This document shows, piece by piece, positions 10,301 to 18,200 of a stretch of 64,000 nucleotides of DNA (position 1 is the first letter of the stretch; each line of letters starts with the position of its first letter). Below the pieces are notes generated by a model. It was not told the origin of the DNA. It saw only the letters and a program-made list of their open reading frames with translations, and ran no database searches. Source of the DNA: a virus; IMG/VR virus record IMGVR_UViG_3300020204_000005; one strand, written 5' to 3'. The translations under genes and the position numbers were made by a program.

Positions 10301-10716
10301 GAGATGTATTATATAAAGGAAGAATCAACCCAATTGCAACTTTCTCTGACGTAGGTACTGTAATTTGGGGTAATAAAACTTTACAAATTAGAGAATCTGC
10401 ACTTGACAGAATCAATGTTAGAAGATTATTATTACAAGCTCGTAAATTAATATCTGCGGTTTCTGTAAGATTATTGTTTGAACAAAACGATGAGAAAGTA
10501 AGACAAGATTTCTTAGATGCGGTTAACCCTATATTAGATGCAATCAGAAGAGACCGAGGTTTATACGATTTCCGTGTAAATGTTTCTTCAGACCCTGCAG
10601 ATTTAGATAGAAACCAATTAACAGGTAAGATTTATATCAAACCTACTAAATCGTTAGAATTCATAGACATTACATTCTACATTACTCCAACAGGGGCATC
10701 GTTTGATAATATCTAA
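7387..10716 (+). CDS. Contractile tail sheath protein (gp18-like), enlarged to 1109 aa by insertions
   Basis: N-terminal FVSPGVYTSEVDLS and C-terminal PWFAAAGYTRG, RINPI, WGNKTL, RINVRRLL and IYIKPTKSLEFIDITF are sheath signatures. Confidence 0.96.
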   Translation: MASNNKVFVSPGVYTSEVDLSFVAQSVGVTTLGIVGETLKGPAFEPIFIRNFDEFTTFFGGVSPEKFINTQIPKYEGAYIAKSYLQQSNQLFVTRVLGLSGYDAGPSWTISTKANVDPSTVGFYCEDPVIENCEPKCNDYLTIDYSIDFTGCTNSVDSIKFINPSQIPDEIAEKMNLPYEKFDGSTSTIYGDMTSQIIDILTDNTLETSSIYYYGAISGETYDTLSPVFTAETNVFGVDNVSSSLINFSASVNDPWYYATFDNIGNALYSGYSFWSIVTDLALIPVTTTTTLTPSTTTTTTNPCVTPIPTSTTTTTTAKPVNCYTGKLIGRLYIYSGTAYTDYDDLVIATLRSRGLATYGTDDGAVYEVSGLTDVEMVCGNEYSGVTKNPYSTFGLNVTNKNGEKFFFETSFSNSDTKYLTKVFGSSNFAKPKDVVPLFVEERFQALLNYAWRKGYIRGLNCELTALPNARQGNDPTSIAWYLEKYQSPMSPWVVSELRGNKVYKLFKFTTIADGNEANIEVKISIANISFSNGTFDVIVRDFFDSDAAPSVIEKFTNCSMDPGQNNFIAKKIGTVDGEYALNSKYIMVEINEDAPVDALPCGFEGYQFREYAGVRPPFPIYKTKYDFPGEVVYNPPFGLSSGADDIVRSAGDNIRRTYLGISDTVGFDVDFYSYKGKQLPLDICTDVTGDDWFYKSRGFHMDINASGITIGNGFITSGTPAFFVGSAPFTTDPEDSSNPYFRLFARKFSLLCSGGFDGWDIYRESRTNGDKFALGQPGYRKGSCPSFKYPSATGWGAFKQITVGDNTQDWANTDYYAYLLGQRSFANPEAVNINVFVTPGIDYVNHSNLVEDAIDMVENDRADSVYICTTPDYNMFVPSTGDQLDFIYPQEAVDNLEEAGLDSNYTATYYPWVLTRDTVNNTQIYIPPTAEVTRNLALTDNIAFPWFAAAGYTRGIVNAIKARKKLTQEDRDVLYKGRINPIATFSDVGTVIWGNKTLQIRESALDRINVRRLLLQARKLISAVSVRLLFEQNDEKVRQDFLDAVNPILDAIRRDRGLYDFRVNVSSDPADLDRNQLTGKIYIKPTKSLEFIDITFYITPTGASFDNI

Positions 10717-10724
10717 TAAAAAAT

Positions 10725-10756
10725 GTGGTGAGTCGGTTAAAAAATCGGCTCATCAT
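10725..10756 (+). terminator. Stem-loop after the sheath gene (possible terminator or processing site)
   Basis: TGAGTCGGTT-AAA-AATCGGCTCA forms a stem with G-U pairs. The U-tract is weak. Confidence 0.4.
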
Positions 10757-10772
10757 TATTTATTAATATAAT

Positions 10773-11591
10773 ATGATAGATAGAAAATATATTGTTGAGG
10801 GTATTAATGAATCAGGAACACCTGATATGAAATATTATGCGTTTGATTGGGATGATAATATTATGACAATGCCAACACAAATAATATTAAAAGATGATAA
10901 CGATAAAGAGGTTGGGATGTCAACCGAGGATTTTGCCGAATATAGAACTCAAATTGGTAAAGACCCTTTCGAATATGAAGGTCACACAATTGTAGGATTC
11001 GCAGAAGACCCGTTTAGATACTTTGGTGTGAAAGGGGACAAACAATTTGTTGTTGATTCAATGATTGCTAAAACAGGACCCGCTTGGGGAGACTTTGTAG
11101 AGGCAATTAATAACGGTTCAATCTTTTCAATAATAACTGCCAGAGGACATACCCCAAGTATTCTAAAAGAAGCGGTTTATAACCTAATTGCTTCAAACAG
11201 AGGAGGGATAAATTCAAAAGAGTTAATTAAAAACCTTAAAAAATATAGGGATTTAACCGATGAAGAAAAATTATCCACTAAAGAATTAATCAATGAGTAT
11301 TTAGATTTATGTAGATTTCACCCTGTAAGTTATGGTGAGGGTTCCGCAACTAATCCTGAAGAAGGTAAGGTTAAAGCTATGAAAGATTTTATTCAGTATA
11401 TTAAAAATGTTTCAGAATATATTAGTAAAAAAGCATATTTAAAGAACAAAATATCAAATAATTTTGAATTACCTAGTATTGGTTTTTCTGATGACGATAT
11501 AAGAAACGTAGAAACAATTAAAAGTCGTTTTGAAGATGAACCTATGTTAAAGACCTACTCAACTACAGGAGGAGTTAAAAAACTATATTAA
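10773..11591 (+). CDS. HAD-superfamily phosphatase-like protein
   Basis: Motif I FDWDDNI (DxD), motif II SIITARGH and motif IV GFSDDD. Confidence 0.75.
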   Translation: MIDRKYIVEGINESGTPDMKYYAFDWDDNIMTMPTQIILKDDNDKEVGMSTEDFAEYRTQIGKDPFEYEGHTIVGFAEDPFRYFGVKGDKQFVVDSMIAKTGPAWGDFVEAINNGSIFSIITARGHTPSILKEAVYNLIASNRGGINSKELIKNLKKYRDLTDEEKLSTKELINEYLDLCRFHPVSYGEGSATNPEEGKVKAMKDFIQYIKNVSEYISKKAYLKNKISNNFELPSIGFSDDDIRNVETIKSRFEDEPMLKTYSTTGGVKKLY

Positions 11592-11658
11592 TTAAAAGCT
11601 CTAGTAGAAATTTAAATAAAAAAAAAAGAAAAGTAAAGAGAAAAAATTTAACTGAATA

Positions 11659-11670
11659 TATTTATAAATA
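11659..11670 (+). promoter_or_regulatory. TATTTAT(AAATA) putative phage promoter upstream of the tube gene; one example of a motif found before about 16 genes
   Basis: Sense-strand TATTTAT at 4098, 7344, 10757, 11659, 13213, 15192, 27309, 32002, 36859, 36885, 39252 and 60790. On the minus strand it occurs at 696, 2263, 58258, 59739 and 63208. Confidence 0.65.
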
Positions 11671-11707
11671 AAAAAACAAATAAACAAAAAATTAAAAAGA
11701 AAACACA

Positions 11708-12196
11708 ATGGCTGATTTATTAATGAAAATGCCGATACCTTATGAACCGAAAAGACAAAACAGGTTCATTCTTCGTTTCCCATCTACATTGGGTATTAAC
11801 GAATGGTTCGTAGAAACTACATCAAGACCACATATAACAATTAACCCAGTTGAGATTCAATTCCTTAATACATCAACCTATGTGGCAGGACGTTTCACTT
11901 GGAGCACGATTAATGTTAAATTCCGTGACCCTATTGGACCTTCAGCGTCTCAGGCGTTAATGGAATGGGTACGTTTATGTGCTGAGTCTGTAACAGGTCG
12001 TATGGGTTATGCGGCGGGTTACAAAAAGAACGTTGACTTAGAAATGTTAGACCCAACAGGAGTTGTTGTTGAGAAATGGATTATGGAAGGTACTTTTTTA
12101 TCTGATGTAAACTTTGATTCATTGGCTTATAACTCTGACGCAATTGCTTCTATTACGGCGACTTTAAGACCTGATAGATGTGTGTTAGTATACTAA
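11708..12196 (+). CDS. Tail tube protein (gp19-like)
   Basis: 162 aa with EPKRQNRF, YKKNVDLEMLDPTGVVVEKW and ITATLRPD. It follows the sheath. Confidence 0.92.
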   Translation: MADLLMKMPIPYEPKRQNRFILRFPSTLGINEWFVETTSRPHITINPVEIQFLNTSTYVAGRFTWSTINVKFRDPIGPSASQALMEWVRLCAESVTGRMGYAAGYKKNVDLEMLDPTGVVVEKWIMEGTFLSDVNFDSLAYNSDAIASITATLRPDRCVLVY

Positions 12197-12220
12197 TTTA
12201 ATAAAATATATAATATTTTT

Positions 12221-12250
12221 GTCCCACATATTGATTATGTGGGATTTTTT
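12221..12250 (+). terminator. Rho-independent terminator after the tube gene
   Basis: TCCCACATA-TTGAT-TATGTGGGA followed by TTTTTT. Confidence 0.8.
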
Positions 12251-12299
12251 ATTTAAAAAAAACTAATATACCGTATATTTTATAGTAAAAGATAATACT

Positions 12300-13058
12300 A
12301 TGGAACAAAATGCTTATACAGTAGGTCAAGAAAATTTTAATTTACCACACGATGTTGTCGAGTTACCCTCTAAAGGACTCTTCTATAAATCAAAAAAGAA
12401 ATCAGTTAAAGTTGGTTATTTAACCGCAAATGATGAAAATTTTATTGTGAACGCTTTTAAAGGTGGTTCAGGTAATATTGTTTTATCATTAATAAGAAAT
12501 AAAGTGTACGAACACGATTTAAGGCCCGAAGAGTTACTTGAAGGTGATGTTGAAGCAATTCTTATCTTTTTAAGAAATACATCATTTGGTCCCGAGTATA
12601 GTGTTACTTTAACCGACCCTATGACAAGTAAACAATTTACGGCAACAATTATATTAGATGAATTAAATATAAAAAAACCAACACATTTACCAGATGAGAA
12701 TGGTTTTTTTACTACTAAATTACCTAAGAGTGAGGCGGTTGTTAAATTAAAGGTTTTAACTTATTCAGAATTAATAGAATTAGAGAAACAAGCTGAACAA
12801 TATCCCCAAAATTTAACCCCACCAAAAATAACATGGAAATTAAACAAACAAATTGTTGAACTTAATGGGTCTCAAGACAGAGAACAAATTTCAAAGTTTA
12901 TCGAATCCATGCCAATAATGGACTCAAAATATATTAGAAATTTTTTAAGAGAAAATCAACCGTCATTAGACCTTAAACAAAATGTTGTAGCCCCGTCAGG
13001 AGAATTGGTATCTTTCGAGATTGCCTTTGGGGTTGAATTTTTTCGGCCTTTCTTTTAA
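12300..13058 (+). CDS. Tail assembly chaperone / baseplate hub assembly protein (T4 gp26-like)
   Basis: Contains LPHDVVELPSKGLFY, LTANDE and a C-terminal GVEFFRP. It lies between the tube and tape-measure genes. Confidence 0.75.
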   Translation: MEQNAYTVGQENFNLPHDVVELPSKGLFYKSKKKSVKVGYLTANDENFIVNAFKGGSGNIVLSLIRNKVYEHDLRPEELLEGDVEAILIFLRNTSFGPEYSVTLTDPMTSKQFTATIILDELNIKKPTHLPDENGFFTTKLPKSEAVVKLKVLTYSELIELEKQAEQYPQNLTPPKITWKLNKQIVELNGSQDREQISKFIESMPIMDSKYIRNFLRENQPSLDLKQNVVAPSGELVSFEIAFGVEFFRPFF

Positions 13059-13203
13059 TTACAGACAATATCTTATTGACGAATATTATATAATGGCTCG
13101 GTTTTTAAGAACTTCTTATTCCGACTTTAATCTTATGCCAACATATATGAGAAAATATTTAATCGATAAAATTATTGAGTCAAATCAACCTAAAAATAAT
13201 TAG
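13021..13203 (+). CDS. Small overlapping ORF (gp51-like / chaperone 'T' segment), probably expressed by frameshift from the upstream gene
   Basis: It overlaps the chaperone 3' end in the +1 frame. The track start is TTG; the first in-frame ATG is at 13093. The helical segment MPTYMRKYLIDKII is typical of such ORFs. Confidence 0.6.
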   Translation: MPLGLNFFGLSFNYRQYLIDEYYIMARFLRTSYSDFNLMPTYMRKYLIDKIIESNQPKNN

Positions 13204-13234
13204 ACTCATAAGTATTTATAATTAAAACAATACT

Positions 13235-15172
13235 ATGGGAGATGGAGATGGTAAAAGTAGTGGTATAGTAGGGGACTTTAAAAAAGTTATGTCCGAAATG
13301 ACCACAATCAAAGGTCTCAAAGACACTATCCTTGAGGTAGAAAACGCCGCTTACAAATTAGCTCAAGATTTCGCGTTAGGAGCCCAAAACATTGATTTAA
13401 TGAGGGCGGGATTAGCTGACGCCGCTTCAGATATAAAACGTTTAGGAGGGAGCTTTAATGATGTTATTGCTATGCAAACATCCGCGTACACTAATTTAGG
13501 TAGAAATGTAACATTGACCGCCGATGGGATGAAAGATTTATATGCGACTACTAAAGCGACGGGTCAAGATGCTAATACATTAGTATCTAAATTTAAAGAT
13601 ATTGGTACGGGTACTTACGACATAGGTAAAAATATGGAGGTTGTTTTACAATCCGCTAGAGATATTGGTGTTAATGGTAAAGCGGTAAGTGACCAAGCGT
13701 TGTCAAACATGGAATTGATGAATAAGTACAACTTTGAAGGAGGTGTGCAGGGTCTTGCAAAAATGGCCGCTCAAGCGGTTAATTTAAGGGTTAACGTTGG
13801 TGATATGAAAGTTCTTATGGATAAGGCGTTCGAACCTGACCAAGCAATACAATTAGCCGCGTCCATGCAAAGATTGGGAGCAACGCAAGCCGACCTACTT
13901 GACCCATTAAGGTTAATGGATTTAGCTCAAAACGACCCAGGTGAATTAATGAATCAAGTTGCTGAGTTAGGTAAACAGTTCACCCAATTTAATGAAGAAA
14001 CAGGTAAATTTGAAATTGCTCCTGGAGGTAAAAGACAATTAATGGAATTGGCTAAAGAATTGGGAATAAATTATGAACAACTAACTAAAATGTCATTAGC
14101 GGGAGCTGAATTAGATGATAAATTAAGTAAGATTTCTTTCCCAACCGATATTGCCGATGAAGATACTCAAAAAATGATTGCTAATATGGCCGAAATGAAG
14201 GACGGTCAATATATGATTAAGTTCAAAGACGAACAAGGTATCACTCAAGAAAAAAATGTTATGGAATTAAAAGACTCCGATATAGAAGCGATTGCCAAGG
14301 CACAATCCGAAGCACCGAAAACTATGGAAGAAATTGCCGAGTCACAATTAAGTACTTCAGAATCAATGTTGGCCGAATTACAAAGTATGAACAGAGCGGG
14401 ATACGGTTTAGCAGGTAGTAAAGGTGCGGGGGATGTATTAGGAGCTGCTAGAACAGGGGCTAAATTAGTTGCGGGAGGTATTAGAGATATACAAGGAGAA
14501 TCACAAGACTTTAGAAAAGGTACTGATAAATTATTAATTAATAATCTTGATGCTATAAACAAAGCCATGTCAGGAGAAGGGTCATTAAATGAAGTTTTAA
14601 AAACCGCAACAACATCTATTGGAGGTGTCACAAGTGCAATAAAAGACAATCTTAATGTGGCCTTAACCAATGCCACTACCGAAATGGATAAGTTCTCTAA
14701 AAGTGGAAACTTATTTGCCGAAACACTTAAAGGAACTTATGATTCAGCGGCAAAATATATTCAGGAACATGAAAAATTATCAAAATTGGGAATTAATTTA
14801 GCGACTGAGAACAAAAAAACCGAGAGTGTTACAACTGAAACATCCACAATAAAGGTTAGTGATTTTTACATTAAAACATTACCTGAAGACAAGTTAATTA
14901 TGGCTGGTGGTACTAATTTAGACGGTGGTAATAATACCACTCAAGATATGGGACCTAAAGAAATGAACGTTAATGTTGTTTTAGACGTGAAAGCTCCATC
15001 AAACATTAATACAACTCAAATTTTGGCCATGCTTGAAGACCAACAAATTAAAAATGCTATAGTTAAAGCCTCTCAAGACGCAAATACTTCAGGAGGAATG
15101 ACAGGTCCTAATAACCAAACAGTAAGAAATAAATCAATTGTTGATAGTGCTTTAAGTATGTCGAATCTTTAA
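13235..15172 (+). CDS. Tape measure protein
   Basis: 645 aa, rich in Ala, Gly, Met and Lys with a helical character. It directly follows the chaperone pair. Confidence 0.8.
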   Translation: MGDGDGKSSGIVGDFKKVMSEMTTIKGLKDTILEVENAAYKLAQDFALGAQNIDLMRAGLADAASDIKRLGGSFNDVIAMQTSAYTNLGRNVTLTADGMKDLYATTKATGQDANTLVSKFKDIGTGTYDIGKNMEVVLQSARDIGVNGKAVSDQALSNMELMNKYNFEGGVQGLAKMAAQAVNLRVNVGDMKVLMDKAFEPDQAIQLAASMQRLGATQADLLDPLRLMDLAQNDPGELMNQVAELGKQFTQFNEETGKFEIAPGGKRQLMELAKELGINYEQLTKMSLAGAELDDKLSKISFPTDIADEDTQKMIANMAEMKDGQYMIKFKDEQGITQEKNVMELKDSDIEAIAKAQSEAPKTMEEIAESQLSTSESMLAELQSMNRAGYGLAGSKGAGDVLGAARTGAKLVAGGIRDIQGESQDFRKGTDKLLINNLDAINKAMSGEGSLNEVLKTATTSIGGVTSAIKDNLNVALTNATTEMDKFSKSGNLFAETLKGTYDSAAKYIQEHEKLSKLGINLATENKKTESVTTETSTIKVSDFYIKTLPEDKLIMAGGTNLDGGNNTTQDMGPKEMNVNVVLDVKAPSNINTTQILAMLEDQQIKNAIVKASQDANTSGGMTGPNNQTVRNKSIVDSALSMSNL

Positions 15173-15214
15173 TAAAAAATAAGGTAATACCTATTTATAT
15201 AAAAATAAAAATAA

Positions 15215-18200
15215 ATGTCTGACAGTACTTTATCATTCTCATCATCATCTTCTTTTAGGGATGTATTAATGGCAAGAAATCTTCCACCTTACGATGTCCC
15301 AGGTGTTTACACACCACCATCGGGGCCTCTTAATTACGAAGTTGTTCAGACTGTTTCTAATGTCATCGATTCTCCTGATGAATTAATTGCTAACGACCCA
15401 TTTGCTCAACAATTATACCCATTAAATGAATATGGTCCTGAAGGAGGTTATAATTTAAATATAACATATAATGGTCCACCATTACCTGTAGATTCTAATA
15501 AAGGAGAATACGACCCAACAGACACTGTATTAGATTTGGTTAATGAATTTTATATTGACGCGGCATACATTGAAAATAAGTTTGGACCTGAAGGAGGGTT
15601 TAAAGACATGGTTGTTATTGACAATATTCAAAACAATAACAAAATATATCTACCTTATTGGAACCCACCAATCTTCACACCATCTGTATATACACCATAC
15701 GAGATTTTAATTAATAATAATCCCGCAGGATTGTCTCAAGACTCGTTTATCGCTAAGTTAGGAGCTCAACAATTAAGAGCTTTATTCCAAGAAAGAGTTG
15801 CCGCTGAATTATTTCAGAATACAGTTGGTTTAGTTAATTTAGAATCATTATCAGACCCATTTGAAGCGAGTCTTATTATTACAGGTCAAGAACCTTTGAT
15901 TTATAGAAATTGGAGAATTACGGTTGCGGAAAACCCAATAGTTGCGGCCGTAGATTTTGCCACAAGATTAACAGGTGCTTATTGGCCTGTATCACCAATA
16001 CCTGGTGATTATTTTGAAGAGAACGAACCTAATGCGGGCGCATCATCCCAAATATCAGGTGCTTTAAATGTTGTTAACCAATTAACAGGGGGTTTTTTAG
16101 GACCTATCTTAAACAAGACAAGAAACCCTTCCGAAATATTCTTAGCTAATACAGGTAACGGTCAAAGGTCAGCGTTATTTGCCAACATAAATTATAATAG
16201 ATATAAACCCGACTATAAGAAAAATTTTGGAGGACTTCTTGGTGTTGCACAAGCTTTAGTTAATTTAGCGGTTAATTTAATTGACCCTAATAACGGAACT
16301 TTAGTTGGAGGATATTATGTTGGTAGTAGAAATGCCGAACCATCAACGATTACGTCACCACCAAATCAGGTACCTGTTAACCCGTTTGGTAAACAAGAAC
16401 AAGCTCCTGTATATGGACCTTCAGAACTTGGTATCTTATATGAAGGTAATGAAAATAAAATAAATTTTGGTTTAGCTGGTAAATCATCATCTGATGGTGG
16501 TGGTATTGACGGACAATTTGTTTGGACCTCACCTAAATATAAAGGTGACGCGGGATATAAAGCAACTGTTGGTGGAGGCACAGGAAGTTTAGATGAGGAA
16601 TTTAATCAAATTGCGTCTCAATATAGTAGAGGAGAATCTACAAATATAACATTTAAACAAAGTTCAATTCTAGACCAAACCCAAAGACTTGTTGATTCGG
16701 CAGATAATGTTTCGGGGATTAACCGATTAAAACATGTCGGTAACGCAATTAACCAAGTTAGTAAAGTTTTCAATGACGGATATAAGGAAATGACCAAAGG
16801 TTCTCAAGTTGTAAGTTATAAAGACAATACAACGGGAGAACAAGTTGGTACTGAATATTGTAGAGTATTTACAAAAGATACACCATACTACACTTACGCC
16901 GATTTACAAAAAACTGATGGTATTACAACTTCAGGTAGAAGATTTACTAATTCTGTTTTTGATAATACGTACAATTTAAATATTGCACCACTTAAAAACC
17001 CTGGCTCTACGAATATACAACCAAACGCTAAGGGGGATTTGGTAGCTAAAAAATATATGTTCTCAATTGAAAACTTGGCATGGAGAACATCAAGTAGACC
17101 TGGTTTTACTTATGATGAACTTCCTGTTTGTGAAAAAGGACCTAATGGTGGTAGAGTTATGTGGTTTCCACCTTATAATTTAAGTTTTAGTGACTCAAGT
17201 TCACCAAACTTTACACCTACAAATATTATGGGTAGACCTGAACCAATTTATACATATAATAACACTAGCCGAAGCGGTACGTTAAGTTGGAAGATAATTG
17301 TAGACCACCCATCAATAATGAACGTTTTAGTTGATAAACAATTAAAAGGACAAAACTCCGAAAGAGTAAATTCGATAATAGATTCGTTCTTTGCGGGTTG
17401 TGTTAAATATGACATTTATGAATTAGCTAAGAAGTTTAACACTATCCCAACAAAGGATTTATTTACGTACCAAGAAATTTTAAATAACCCAAGATTAACC
17501 CCTGAAGAATTGGCGGGTATTAATAAAGAAATACCTAAAGAAAATACCGCAGATGGAGGAGCGAATTCTACACCTACAGGTAACCAAAATACTAATACTG
17601 ATGTATCATCTACCCCTGACACTTCAGGAAAAGATTTTGAAGGTAAGTACCAAGATTTAGCGTTTTATTTCCATAATGATAGACCCGACCCCAACTCTAG
17701 TAATACCGTCGCTAGTAAACCATTTAATGTTTGGTACGAATCTTACACTACCACAGACTTTATTCAAAAGTATGTTAACAATGCCGATGCAATATTTAAA
17801 TCCGATTCAAAAAGTAGAAACGTTAAACAATTTTTTGATACGGTAATCATCCCAAATTTTAACGCAATTGCAAAAAATGAAAAAAACTTTATTGTTGAAG
17901 CTTATAATTTAATTAAAGAAAAGAAAGCAAAAATTACTGTTGAAATGGTTGGCTCCGCTTCAGCACCTGCAACTAAAGATTATAATGTGAATTTGTCTAA
18001 ACGAAGAAACGATTCCGTTATTAAATTTTTAAAGGCAACAACTATTGGAGAAGCAAATTTATCTAAATATATTGATGATGGTAGTTTAAAATTCACATTA
18101 TTGAGTGAAGGTGAAACAATTGTTATACCTAAAGCACCTGATGACTCACCTGCTAAAGGACCTGGATTTGATGTAAATTGTACTACAGATATAAAGGATA

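Noticed and set aside
7265-12299. tRNA or structured ncRNA in the longer intergenic gaps
   Set aside because: The gaps are short A/T-rich tracts containing only terminator-like hairpins and the TATTTAT motif. No cloverleaf is apparent by eye; a tRNAscan/Infernal run would confirm this.
14245-14676. 143 aa minus-strand ORF, and the other short antisense or alternate-frame ORFs in the track (for example 40602-40997, 32539-32886, 22138-22473)
   Set aside because: They are fully nested in long genes with clear motifs, have no recognisable motifs, and are expected by chance.
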